Assembly: GCA_030141605.1 (NCBI GenBank)
Contig: JAQGDQ010000040.1
Span: 434,001-498,000 of the forward strand
Source of the DNA: Tubiluchus corallicola
Lineage: Eukaryota; Animalia; Priapulida
Direction of reading: 5' to 3'
Length of the DNA stretch: 64,000 bases
The notes under the pieces are model-generated. The model worked only from the letters and a program-made list of their open reading frames with translations, made no database searches and had not been told where the DNA came from. Positions 1-13,655 of this stretch are shown in pieces (positions within the stretch are counted from its first letter, which is position 1; each line of letters begins with the position of its first letter). Position numbers and translations under genes: made by a program.

Positions 1-455
1 TCTGGTCTGTCTGAAGGCCAATTGCCCGATGGCTAAGAGACCAATAAAGTCCATTTTTGAGCTTTATGCATTTGCAAATGTATAATTATGTGGATATTTT
101 CCCCAGCAGTGTAAAAGAGGTACATCCCTCTGTCAGACCAAACGTAGTTATTTAGCCTAGAACAGACCTTTGGTAGGGGCAAATATTAATACGTTTACAA
201 GAAAACTCTTCTGAGACTCGTAACCATCTTAAAAACACTAGCATCTGATAGCTTTTTGAAATTTATGGGCCAAGCCATGTTCTACAAAGTCTAGCTTCAT
301 TTGGTAATGTGTGTAACAAAAATGACAAAATTTTTAATAAAGAGCAAAATGGGAGCAAATTTGGCAGTGAAAATAACAGTCGAAAACGTTAATTTATGCC
401 TCCCATTACTGCAAGAAAAAGATTTCTTCTCTTACCGCAATTGTTTACTGTTTCT

Positions 456-527
456 TTTTTGGCGCTGAGAGAATTTCAGTGTTTTCTGCTGAGTTTCTCT
501 GTTTCCTGTGTTTGAAAACGTCTGGGT
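456..527 (+). promoter_or_regulatory. Putative UBR7 core promoter and non-coding first exon (TTTTTGGCGC motif, Inr-like TCAGT, donor TCTGG|GTAAAT)
   Basis: Motifs at 456-465, 476-480 and 521-531. The same order of motifs recurs on the minus strand at 25249-25133. Confidence 0.45.
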
Positions 528-902
528 AAATTACTTGACAAACCATTACTTGTAATGCCCTTTTAAATCATATTTTTGTCGTAAATTTAAATGCATAAAC
601 AGAAAGTATAGCGACTATATTACGTTTTCATTAAAGGCAATTTGACAGAATGATATGGAGTAGCAAATGGCAGCAGCCAGCATGCTGCCTATTGTTTAAT
701 TTCAATATTTATTGCTAACGTGCTTCAGAAAAGTTCTTGACTTCCCATAACCTGAGTACATTTCTTGTTGTTGCAGGTTTACCTGCCATTATTAATCAAT
801 TACTATATGAAGTCTCTTTTTTATTTTCTAGATGCAGCAGTAGCCTATTGCAGTTACTTGTTATTATCATCAGAAAAAATATCTCATTCAAGATTGATTA
901 AA

Positions 903-2404
903 ATGTCTGATGAGGATCAGGACCAAGCTGTGCTTTCTATGGTAGATGTTATGAACGAAGAACAAGAGTTAGAGGACGATGCAGTTGCAGTACTCGGAGC
1001 AAGTGATGCTAAAAATTGCACTTATCCACAAGGTGGGCATTACATTTGCGCTATTTAACGTATCTTTTGTTGTTTATGTCATGTTTAATGTATATACTTG
1101 AAAAAGTGCTCATATATCATGATACCGGAAGTAATTTATTTTTCACAATTATGACATCAGTGGCAATAGCCCAGCTGCTGCATGATGCCGTTTCTGTCAG
1201 ACTTAAATGGTTAAATGAGCTTACAACTTGTATATTTACTGAGAGTATTTTGAACACTTGCATGTGAATTTTATGATAAACTGTTATCAAGCCTTCTTGG
1301 TCTATTGTACAGAGTTTAAGATTTTGTTAAAGATTTTTTTACAAAACACATGACTTTACTTGTGTTTTTTTAGGTTATCTTGGTCGTCAGGCACTCTACT
1401 CTTGCAAAACTTGTGTTGTAAAGGGTGTAGAACCAGCAGGTGTCTGCCTCGCATGTTCACTGGATTGTCACAATGGCCACGAGTTGTTCGAACTGTACAC
1501 AAAACGAAATTTTCGCTGTGATTGCGGCAACAGCAAATTTGAAAATTTCACTTGCAAACATTTCCCAAGTAAAGACAAAGTCAACAATCAGAATAAGTAC
1601 AACCAGAATTTCCGCGGCTTGTACTGCACATGTGCTCGGCCATATCCTGATCCAGATGATGACGTGGATGATGAGATGATTCAGTGTGTCATATGTGAAG
1701 ATTGGTATCATGGCAGACATTTGGGAAGCTCTTATCCTCCGGAAAGTGGCGAATATGCAGAAATGATATGTCCACAATGCATGAAAAATCATGACTTTTT
1801 ATGGAAGTACTGCATTTTGTCTGTTGCAGTCAAGCTCGAGAAACATGAAGATGAGGAAAAGACGATAGACGTAGAATGCACAAAAAACGAATATAATGTT
1901 ACTAATGAAAAAACTGAAAGTGATAGTGACAAATCTGCTGATTCGAAAACAGACAACTTAAGCAGTAATGCAACAAATCCTTGTCAACTCTCAGAATTAA
2001 GCAAACGGAAAGATGAATCTCGTGGCGGATCTACTTTCTGGCATGATGGTTGGCGAAACAAGTTATGTCGCTGCACAGATTGTCTGCAAATGTATGAGAA
2101 TCAAAGTATTAGCTACCTGCTGGATGAGAATGACTCGCTTGTTGCATATGAAAGAAAGGGTAAAGATACTGCTGCATCACATGACGACAAAGTGATGGCA
2201 GCACTGTCCAGCATTGATCGGGTACAGCAAGTCGAAATGTTGCAGGGCTATACCGATTTGAAGGACCAGTTAAAAGAGTATTTGAAAAGCTTTGCAGAAA
2301 CTGGCAAGGTTGTCACAGAGAGTGATATCGCTCACTTCTTCGAGGAGATGCAAAGTCGGAAACGTCGTAAAGTGAATTCTGGCATTCCTCATTACTGTCG
2401 GTAA
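903..2404 (+). CDS. UBR7: UBR7 E3 ubiquitin ligase (UBR-box + PHD finger); exons 903-1032, 1374-2404
   Basis: MSDEDQ...LGASDAKNCTYPQ/GYLGRQALYSCKTC...ELYTKRNFRCDCG (UBR box); NKYNQNFRGLYCTCARPYPD..MIQCVICEDWYH (PHD). The GT(1033)-AG(1373) intron joins the two frames in phase. Confidence 0.95.
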
Positions 2405-2686
2405 AGCCTCCGTATTAGCATTCCTTTAAGTGTAGAAGTTTGTGTAATATTTATGTTTAGCAATTGCTGTACTAGAGCTGCTATTTTTGTCTTGGTAAGT
2501 GTCGTCTCAATTTTGGCATAGTTTTCAGACATACTTTGATCGTGTAATATAATATTTATTATCATAAAATACCTTATTAAATTAAAATAAGGAAAGAAAC
2601 TACTGAAATCTGTGTTACATTACATTTGTGAAAAAACAAAGATGATTTATTCACAAAACAAAATTAATTTTTGCACCATACTCCAA

Positions 2687-3307
2687 GGCAGACCACAAAA
2701 AATTTGTTTCTGTCTTACGTCATGAGCTCAAAAGATGTCAGTAGGGAGGGAGGATTTTTTTTAAAGCTTTGTGAATGTTTAAAGCTGAATCGTAGAATAT
2801 TTAAAATCAAAGTTTGTTTATTCCCCACTGGTTAGCAGTAATGTTTTAAATTTTTTCAACGTACATTTTTTAACGCTTTGTTTTTTAGTATCATATTACT
2901 GAATTATCATATAATAATCGATTCTTATATAATCTCTTTTTTTGTATCATGAATGTGTATATTCTGATAATTATGGCATAAGCGGTAACACTACTCGGCT
3001 GTTAATACACCAATTTGGCAGAAAATTTGATACTTTTAGCCTCCAATACAATGAGCATCATACAAAACGGCAACCCGGGTCGAGAGTTGTCCGTGGAAAA
3101 ACCTTGCCGCATCCTGCGTTCCCCGAAAGAATCATGTTATAATAATTATTGCGTTTACATTTTTAATTGAAAAAATACGCTTTTATATGACTGCGATCGG
3201 TAAGTATATGAACATACAAAAAAATGATAAAATTCCAGGCTGGGTTCACGATAAAAAAATGTTTCCCGGGCGATTAGACAGAAACAAAAGGATTTTTATT
3301 GTCGGCC
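2687..3307. mobile_element. MITE, PIF/Harbinger-like
   Basis: Imperfect TIRs ggcagaccacaaaaaatttgtttctgtct / agacagaaacaaaaggatttttattgtcggcc, flanked by caa/taa. Lies between the convergent UBR7 and IWS1 3' ends. Confidence 0.5.
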
Positions 3308-3625
3308 TAAGCATGTTGTACAAATTGTTTTTAAAAGTATTCTCCCGCATTTTTAAACTTGATTATAGCAAATAAGGACGCATGTATGTATATACAAAAA
3401 AACACAAAAATTTGTATTTTAAAACTGGCATATTTACTTTTTACATCATTTGCTTTCTACAAAAAACTACCAAGTTAGCATAACATCATCTCCTTAGTTT
3501 TACAAATTTAAGTTGTAGTTACATAATTACAAACAAGTGATGCAAGATAAAGTACAATGACAGAACAAGTACTAAAATAATTATTTACATGTTTATTTTA
3601 CAATATGCAGCATGGGCTGTTTATG

Positions 3626-6600
3626 CTACAAGGCCATATTACGCCCCTCTATGCTGATCTGTACAGCTCTAGCATTTTTACGAGTCAAGAACTTTTTAGT
3701 TTTGAATGTCTTCATATGCTTTTCCAGTCTAGCATCCATTTTTGGCTTGCCGCGTTTCTGTAAAGCAAATGACGAATGTTATAAGTAGCCATTTTGTGTA
3801 GGATAAGCAACAAAAAGCAGTACCTGCACACAGTGCAGCTGAAGGGCTAGATCTTTTGAGATGTCACAAAATAAGCTTACAGAGGGTAATAGCATTCTTA
3901 ATTTTTTTTTGAAAATCTTGGGTTATTAGAAAAAAATTTAATTAATTAATTTAATTTAATTAAATCTGCATCAGTAGGCAAGAAACAACCATGATGACAC
4001 TGCCCCGGGATTATACCTTGCATTAGACAATAATTACATGTATTATTACACTTATTCACATAATAATATAAGTTATTTTTGCCTAAGCTCGAGATTTGTG
4101 CACTAGTATTTTTCACATATTTGTACACGGTATTAATGTATTAACAGAACTTCACTTAATTTCTTTGCAGGTCATTAAAATGGTTGAATCTAGCAACCAT
4201 CACAAGAGTTTTAAACTTTTTTCTGTGCTACTAATAACATTAAATTTGTGTACTGCAAGATCACATGCAGACAAATAGTTCAAAATGATTATTTCAGTCC
4301 TTAAAATAACTTTGAAATTGTAGCACAAGCAGTACCATGATCACAATTTCTGTAACCAAGGACAAAGCCTTCCAAAAATAATATTATAAGAATAAGACCT
4401 TCAAGAATAATAAGCTTGTGTAAGAATTCCAATTGTAAGACTAAGTCTGCATATTTCAAATTCAAGAAACCAAGATTTCTTAGAAACAAACTTTGGAAGC
4501 GTTAAAATATTTTTGCATGTCTTGTACAGTTTCATCAATATTAAGCTCCAAAACCAAACCTAACATCAGTATCAAGGTGTTAAGAGTTCAATACGTGAAA
4601 AAATTTGACTCGAGACCAAGACATTCAGGTCTCTGAAAGGTATACCTCTAATATGAATACAATCAAACTTCATTTGCCAAACGTGCTACAGCACCTGTCC
4701 CAAAATGGGTGGTATAAACAGTTTTGACTGTATTCATTCGCCTGAAAAAATGCCAACTCCCAAGATTGCACATGTTTCTTAACATATACAATTTTTTGTA
4801 TTTACACAAAAAAATTAACATCACACTCCTCCGTGTGGAATGTAATTATACAGTTCATAGACATGAGTCAAAATTTAGATTTATTTTTAAAAATTTTTAA
4901 TACATCATGCAATGTCAATTTAGGATAATTAGAGACAAACTAGTACACATCATCAAAACTACCTAAAATGATGAAGAGGTCAAGATGGATATGGTGAAAC
5001 AAACATCATAAAAATGATTTAAAAAACATAAATACCTAGGGCAGTAAATGAACAGCTAAACTATTTCTATAATTGAAAATATCATGTACCCTACTACTTC
5101 GGGTCTCTGCCTCCATCTCTACATTCCATTTTGGTCGAACAATATAGTCCTTGGTAGATGGCATTGGGACACGCGCTCTTGACACGAAACCTGGATCACC
5201 AGGTCGCAGTGCTCTGAAAAATTCAAAATAGTCAATTACATATAAATCCTTTTTTGTTGGGATATAATAATTGTTATAATGAAATAATAATTGTTTGAAA
5301 ATTCAAATTCAAGAAAATATACTAATAAATAAAACAATAACATTAATTTATTGTTTTTTTTATTTATTATTTACTCACTTTGTGTTTGGTGTACCAGTTG
5401 TGTCCCTGAAAATGAAAAAAAGCAAGTAATGATTATTCAATTGCACCACATGATGGTTTAGTTCACTATAAGAATATATATTTCTAAAATTCAATGGCTG
5501 GCACTACTGGAATTATAATTATAAAAAAAATATCCTAAAATCTATAATACACAAATTTACAAAATAACAATTATCTAATGCATTTGCATTTTTTCTGCCC
5601 GTTCGATGCACTGCAAGCTGCGATCCAGCACTCAAAGGCAGCAGTTACTCAACAAGATGTGACTGGAGCCTGGTTCAACAAAGATATCCCTCTAAGATGA
5701 GCCATTGAACCAGCAGAGGTATCTCAACCATGTTCCATGTTTGGATGTAAATACATGCTCTTCCTACGAGATATCCAGCCAAAGTTTAAGAATGATAAGC
5801 CCAGAATGAGTATCGAAGCAACAGCAGCCACATGCCACTCAGGTAAAACCTAAGCTCCTATCCACTCAGCCATGAAACACCACATTCATGGATAACTGAA
5901 ATCTTACCTTTCGTGGCCCTCCAGCGCCCTGTCTATATCTTTACGAGGCGTCATACCACTTGCTTCACTGCAATAGAATAATTACATCATGTAACAAAAG
6001 AAAACACTACAATTTATATACAAGGTGAAGAAACAAATTAATTTAAAAAGGAATTCTCGAAGCAGTATTAGATGGTAATAAAGATATGGTAATAAGCTTG
6101 GTATGCTATATTGAGCACAGCACGTGTGCCTTTTATACTTTTAAAAGAAGAATTTAATACAGTCGTTCTTCTTCAAATGATAAACAAAGAATACTGAACC
6201 TTAATTTACGTCTTTTTGGCATTTGCTGGTAATCTCTTTGTTCTCTTTCCTCTCTTGTCATCGATTTGAAATTTGAAGCTAAATTGAATATCGGCCTTGA
6301 CCATTCATCTAAAACGAAACAAAAATACTGTTACTAACTGAAACCATAGCACTAGTTGAAGCTATATTTTCAATATATTCTAACAATTCTAATGATAGCC
6401 ATTTCTAGTTGAAATGAAACAAATCTCTTTAGCTTCAGAATATCTGAGTTACTATACTTTACTAACTAGAAATGACAGCAATCATTTGTTAAGCAAATGT
6501 TGCACAAATTTTGGCTTACTTTACATTTTAAAATATATGTTTAATCATTCTATGAGGCAGAAAATTCCTGTAATAATCGTTTTTTGAAGCAAAACTTATT

Positions 6601-9600
6601 CAAAAGAGAAAATTTAATTTTGCAAAATGTAAAAAAGTTGCAAAGAGCCTGGATTCGAAATAACAACCTTTGGACAATTAATCGAAATTCACGAGTGCTA
6701 GACCACATAGTCCCTCATGATCAAACAGGTTGTAATTTAATCCTAATAGGTTATAAGTCCAGCCAACCAATATTTCAGTGATTTAGTTTATTTATGATAT
6801 AGCAATTAATAACTTGTTTTGATTACTTTTGTGGTTTTTCAGGTAAATTAGCGTAGACTGATTCCTGGGTGGTTCCATGATATATTAAAGTCAAATAGAC
6901 CCTCACTATAATATAAGCTTTTGCAACTTAAAATCCTACTCTCATTATGAATATTCAAATTATTTTACTATAAACTTGTTTCTTTTGATTTTTTATCACT
7001 TTGTTGTTAGCAGTACTGAATTTGAAAAACTGCCATTTTTCATTGCGTGAGACAAATGACATTATGAATACATTCACGAGGTTACCAAAGATGCAAAACA
7101 TGGCGATCTTTACAATGCCAGTGTTCAAAAGTCGCCAGAAAAAGGCAAGTTATTTAATTCATAAGTTTCTTTTGTTTAATAATAACTATGAATTCTTTGT
7201 GCGATCATAATAAGGCATTAAAAAATGTCAATGTCTGTTGGCGTTATATAGGCCTTTAATACACAGAACGCTTGATATAGAAAAATAATTCATTTCTCAC
7301 TAATTAGTTTTCCAGCACTGATTTTATTTTGGCGTATTTCCCTTGGATGTTTGTACAGCAACATGACAGCCTTTCCGATTCCACTAGTTTTCAACAGATG
7401 TTGGTCCAATGATGGTAACTGTCAAAAGCAAAAGTAAGAAATTATTTTATAAAGTTTATGCCAGCAGGCTTTGCATAGTTAAGAACCGTTTAACTTAGAG
7501 TTCTGCACTTTGTCTTTGTGCTAAAAGAAGCTGTACACCTCAGATTGCATTTTACTCGATCACAGGCTGAATTGGTAGAAATTTGTCAAGAGTTCAGGCC
7601 ACTGTATTAGCTCGGCTTATTTCAGTGGTGCAATGAACAATTACCAATACCTTAAGTATCATAAGCTAATCAGTTACACATGTCATCTTTGTCTATTGTA
7701 GAACCAATAAGACACTGGTGTTCGGGTAAAACAGCTAGTGAGTCGGCATTGTTGTTAACCAGATGAGCATATTAACAGAAAATTCTGCAATATACATTAT
7801 CCTACCTAGCTTACAAGGTTTATTAACCTGCAGCTATATCTAACTAAACACTGAGTGTTCGTCAAAGACTAACATACAAACATGTCGTGGATCTTTACTG
7901 CCAAGTTCCTTTTGCACTGTTTTTTATAATAATAATTAATAATAATTTTGCTAAAGACATAGTCCATGGTTAATACCTTAAGTAACTCAATACTTATTTC
8001 CAAGGTGGTCCCAATTATTATTACCCGCATGTTACTTTGATAAATCCTCATTTTTAGATGTGCCACCTGGTCATGTCTTTTTCTTATGTTTGTACATCTT
8101 ATCTGTAAGTCCTTATCTGTAACATTTGTTTCTCTAGAAATGTCTATATCTATTTCTCTAAGAAATGTTTTGAAAATTGAAAAGCAAATTAACTCTGCTA
8201 CATAGGAAAGTCTAAACTAATGACTGACACATACTGTAACTGACAAGAGGCTGTGTGCCGTATTGGTAATAAATGGTTTTCCGAGCGGGAGATTGAAAAA
8301 ACATTATTGTCAGAACAAGGGCATATACGCAACTGTAAATGTTTCAAAAAGAGACAACAATTAAACATCAAGAAATGTGCAAAACTGGTGAAATAATTAT
8401 ATGCATTTAAAGCATTTATTAGGCTAGTTTTTGAACATGATGTAATATTTTTGTGTACCTTAGCAAAGAAGAGGACTGTACCAAAAGGTTTGTTGTGACC
8501 GCAAAAGGTTAATGAGCTTGAAAATGGTGAGCAAAATAACTAGTGACTTCTGCATTTAGTGTTAGCTTCTGCCACTAAATACAGATAAATCAGATGATTG
8601 TAATACTCACTGATCGTAAAATTTTCAAAAAACCTTCACGAATTTTTAGATTAGGGAGGCTCTTATCAGGCAAAGGCGTTAGCCAATCAGCAATTGATGT
8701 GAGTATTCCCTGATCTAACAATGCCCCCTGCAGGTCAGCTCTAAAAGCAAAAATATATGAATTATTACAGCAACTACAACAAACTATTAATACCATTATT
8801 TATCTGTAAATAACGTCAATAGCCTGTATGACAAATGCTAAAAAATAAAAGAACAGACATCTGTGAGGTACACATGGCCTATTCCCAAATGACTTCATTA
8901 TGTCATTTATGATTCCAGAAATTAATGGCAAAGATTGCAAGTTATTTAGAATTTCGCTAAAAGTTCTTCAATCAATAATGATCAAAAATGCCAAAATGCA
9001 AATAAACCACACAAGACTGAGTAGAAAAGTATTAATTGTAACATTTATACTTGTTCAAATATTCCAGCACCAATGGTAGCATCATCAGTTTCTTAACGGC
9101 AGGTTTTCTTTCTTCATTTAGTTGCCTGTCTTCCTGAAAATTGACCAAATAAAGGAACTTCAGGATTGAACACCTAAGCACAGTAAGCCTTTTCACAGTT
9201 CCAGCGATTGAGATAATCGTGATAAGGTCAAAAGTTAAGTGAACCAAGCAATGCCTCGCAGCCCATGCTATTGCAACAGTAACTGTTTTAACATATAGCT
9301 AGAACCTTATCTAATTCATTTTTTCTTGTTCCCAAGCAAGATCCTGCTAGTAAATCACTCTACGTGCAGACTAATGCATAATTAAGTAAAATCCACATAA
9401 AACAACAGGATGTGGCAAATGGCTTTGCTTTAAACACGTCACATAAAGATTGTAGTTAAGACACATTGCTGTGATACACTTAACCTTTGACCTGCAACAG
9501 CTGCATGTGCACACAACGAAACTGTGAAAAGGCTTGTTCGGTTATCACGACATTATGGAGCTTGCATCTTCGCGTGACTCCGTTTATGTGGCTTTTTTCA

Positions 9601-12600
9601 CTGCTTATATTGTCTATGTTGACTTCTGTGTTTATTCAAACTGAGGGATTTGGCCAACATTGAGAGTAATAGGAATTGCAGAGTTCTCTCATTTAGTGCC
9701 AAACAGCTTATCACAGCTATATCATTACAGAAAATTATTAACACTGATAAAATCCATTTAAACAGAAAATTGTAATGATGACAATAATCATTACTTCAGC
9801 GGCTTCTCTCATGTCACGTATCATGGCGGCAATGATGTCGTCATTGTCGTTGATGATATCGTAATCTCGCCTTCTTCGTCTTCTAGATCTAGACTCTTCC
9901 TTCTTCTTTTGCATCATGACATCAAAATCGTACACGATGTTTCTGAAGCAGACATCAAGGCAATCAACAAGAATTTAATGTTGACACTTGTATAGCAATT
10001 TTATTTTAAAGATGGATTTTTCTCTTTAACAAACAGAAAAAGCTAAACCTACAACGGTTTTGTGAGGAAACATCAAAACAAACGTACTCTTTTCGCTGCG
10101 CTCGCTCATCCGCCTCACTGTCACTAGACTCTGCTTTTGTTTCTTCAGGTTTGAGATCAATTTGTTCAGTTGTATCTTGTGGTGCTGGCTCTTCCTGTTC
10201 AAGTCCTTCTGCTAGTCCTTCATCTTCACTGCCAGATTCTACCAGAGCTAAAAGTAATGTTAATACAACAGTAATTAAACAAACTTGAGGTACCTACAAA
10301 AGGATGTCAATCCTGCAGCACAAAAAATAGCAATAAAACATTAACACACATGTCCACAATGAAGCAGAAATGAGTTAAATTAAAAGTATTGTGGGAAAGC
10401 CAATACAAGGTCAGGGTTCTAATAATCCTTGTTGGTTTTCATGGGGTCTACTAAACAGGAAATTTTAAATAAATGGTTAATAGCAGGAACAAACATGGCT
10501 TGAACAGTATTCACCCCTCATCCATTTTTTTAGGTTGGGCTTAGCCTGTTGAGCAATCAAAACACTGATTGAAACAGCACTAGAGCCACTCCTAATGCAG
10601 AATAAGAAACCTATCCAAATATAAAGATGCAAAAAATTAAATAGACTTCACAGCTCATTCTGAAGAAAAGCTGCTTCAGAATTCAGTTATAAAAATATTA
10701 TGAAAGCAAATGCAATATTGCAAATGTTACCACACTGTTTTTCTCCATTATGACATTGACTATATCTAAAATGTATGTAATGTTGCCGAAATATGGCTTT
10801 TAGTTTTTGAGTATATCACTTAGTACAGATATAATAACCGAAAATTTCCTGAGTACTGGAACTGCTGCGTAGTGAATGAGAAATATCTGCTTTTTCAAAT
10901 ATTTCTCAAATATTTCTTGTTTCACCGTTTGTACCTATTAAGATCACCTACAATTCGCAAACATTAACTTAGTTACGCTCGTAAATAATAAATTCACAAA
11001 AAATTGACTACAAATGCAAAGAATGTTCCAAAAGTTAAATAAAACCAATAACTAAATATTTTGCTTAGAAATTTTCTAGAATTATTATTAATTTTTTATG
11101 CAGATTTATGCAATAATCACCTTTCACTTTCTTCTTTTCCTTTGCAGCCGAGTGCTCCAAATCTTCTTCTCCAAAACCCTTTAATACAAAATTATTGCAC
11201 TTATTTGCAAACAAAAACATCCTTCAATCAGAATTGTAAAATCATAAACTTATTTATTTAAAATGCGTATTTAATCAGAGTGGTAAACCTCTGGATGGTG
11301 TAGGTTCACTGGAGAATGCGTATTACTGTCTGTGAAGCATCTGTGTCAGTCAGACAAATAAAGAGAAATTATGATTTAAAGAACAAGTGACAAAGCTAAG
11401 TTTCAATAACATGTACACATTTGAGAAAAAATACCTCGAATTCTTCTTCTTCGTCACTAGATCCGAAGATATCAGCGATCAATTGATCCCCTGCTGCATC
11501 CTCATGGTCGCTGTCAATTCCTGCAGCCTCTTCATGGTCACTGTCAGCCGCTGCAGTTACTTTACGTTTGTCAGGTTCACTCTTCCTCTTCACTTTGTCA
11601 ATACCAGATTCATCTTCTTGATCACTTTCTGCTCTTGGTTCTTTGTTATCTTCATCTTCACTTTCGACATCTTCAGGAGCACTCTGGATGGCTCCACCTT
11701 CCTCTTCATCATCACTGTAATAAAAAGTTTTCACAGATTTATTAGGAGTGATAGTGACCTCTGCTAAACTTAAAGAAATTAAAATTCAAGAAAGTATCAG
11801 AAATTGACAAACTTACTCCCTTATGGGGCTGCCTACAGGGCTAGCATGATCAGAATCACTGTCAAATTCTCTAGGACTTGCTGGACCACCAAGTTCGAGG
11901 GCATGAGATTCATCAGCTTCAGGACTGGCTGGTCCGTCAAACTCCTCTTTATTTTGTTCATCCTCGTCTGGCACATCATCTTCAAGCATTTTTGTGTCTT
12001 TTGGGCTAGCTGGGCCATCTTTCTCCTCGAATTCATTCTGTTCATTCTCATATGGACTGGCATGGTTTTCACCTTCAAACTTATCTCTTTCTTCATCAGA
12101 TGCACGCGCATCATTATTAGGACTAGCTGGGCCCTCATCTTCAGGGCTTGCTGGGCCCTCATCTTCGGGGCTTGCTGGGCCCTCATCTTCAGGACTTGCT
12201 GGGCCCTCATCTTCGGGGCTTGCTGGGCCCTCATCTTCGGGGCTTCCTGGGCCCTCATCTTCCAACTGATTTTCATAGTCTTTATCTGGACTGGCAGGAC
12301 CATCATTTTCAAAGGTGTCTACTTCAAAAGCGTTAGGACTGGCAAACCCATTATCATCTTCATCCAGCCCATCATCTTCAGGACTAGCTGGAGCATCATT
12401 TTCAAAAGTGGCATCAAAGCCACCTGGACTAGCAGGCTCTCTATCTGCTAGGCTGGCTGAGTTATCATCTTCATTTGCTTCAAAATCCTCTGGACTGGCA
12501 GGTCCACTTTCTTCAGGACCATCTGCATCAGGACTTGCTACTTCATCTACAGGACTAGCAGCTGGGCTTTCATCTTCTAATTCACCTTGCTCATGATCAA

Positions 12601-13377
12601 AGCTGCTGAAGTCGGCATTTTCATAACTTGGTGGCTCATTATCGTCATCATCAAACATTTTTTCCTCTTTACCATCAAGGCTGGCAGAAGCATTTGTCTC
12701 CCCTTCTATTCCATTGGCTTCAAAACTTTCCATTGGTGAAGGTTCTGCATCTTCGTCGGCACCATCATCTGGACTGGCTGGTCCAGCACTATCATCAAGT
12801 TCAAGTGCCACATTGGAAGAACTCTTCCCTTCACAACTTTGCATTTCTAAACCACCTGATTCAACATTTTCATCACCAAACATTTCATAACCCATAGATT
12901 CCATTTCTTCTGTTGCTGGTAGCTCAGGACTTGCTTCACCAGATCTAGCTGGACTCAAGTCAAAGATGTCACCAGGTAGGTTGGAATCGGACTCTAAATT
13001 TGCATCACTTTCCCTTCCCACCTCTTCTGGACTTTCAGGCATTTCATCATCCATTTCTTCTTCATCAGGTTTCCTGGAAAGATCAAAGTCATCAGCATTC
13101 CCTCCTGGAGTTCCAGGAGCTGAATTACTTTCACTTACACTAAGGTGCTCTTCTTCATCAGACTGCTGTGGTGATCCTGCTGGTGATGCTTGAATATTCT
13201 CATTGATATCCACAGAATTATGGGCATCACGAGAGGGAGCTAAAAAGTTGCCTCCTGGTGTGGCTGGATTAAACAGGCCATGTTCTTCTAAATCACTTTC
13301 ATACTCATTTTCATCTTCCCCTTCACTTTCTACTTGAAACTCGTCAACGGAGTTAACAGCTTTGTCTTCATGAGCAT
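3626..13377 (-). CDS. IWS1: IWS1/Spn1 transcription elongation factor (TFIIS N-terminal domain). Exons 13377-11817, 11714-11435, 11178-11121, 10247-10088, 9942-9795, 9133-9051, 8740-8611, 7418-7301, 6308-6200, 5967-5908, 5405-5379 (microexon), 5213-5090, 3757-3626; start exon lies further upstream and was not located
   Basis: Conserved motifs [61 protein letters not shown] and [10 protein letters not shown]. All introns are GT-AG with compatible phases; long acidic N-terminus. Confidence 0.93.
5590..5875 (-). mobile_element. Degenerate tRNA-derived SINE-like sequence in an IWS1 intron
   Basis: Minus strand begins tggctgagtggatagg (A-box-like), followed by gcttcgatactc (B-box-like); GC content is higher than the flanks. 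The 3' boundary is approximate. Confidence 0.35.
12119..12262 (-). repeat. Coding minisatellite, 6 x 24 nt encoding EDEGPASP
   Basis: Unit ctgggccctcatcttc(a/g)gg(g/a)cttg repeated within the large IWS1 exon. Confidence 0.95.
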
Positions 13378-13655
13378 CTGAAATGAAGCAATATAAATAT
13401 AATTAAGCATAGTCAACAAATCTGATTCAACATAAAAACTGTGCACACCCATCAAAGATCCTTTAATTTTGCCCTGTTAAATATAATCCTAAAGTAAGAG
13501 AGAACATACAAACAAATACTAATAAAATTACAAATATTTTTTCAAACAATATTTTGAAATATATTCTTTCTAAGTGCAACTAAAAAAATTCGCAAATTTA
13601 TGTAATCTTGACCAAATGACATCAGCTAGATCGACTACCTGCAACATGTACATAG

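Noticed and set aside
765-902. N-terminal extension of UBR7 in the ORF track
   Set aside because: Non-ATG start and intron/UTR-like sequence; conserved protein begins at ATG 903.
12119-12262. Regular 24-nt repeats superficially like a CRISPR array
   Set aside because: No unique spacers, in-frame coding repeat, eukaryotic context.
11387-13193. Many overlapping ORFs on the + strand and in an alternative - frame (e.g. 11804-12451, 11833-12312)
   Set aside because: Shadows of the low-complexity, repetitive IWS1 exons with no independent protein features.
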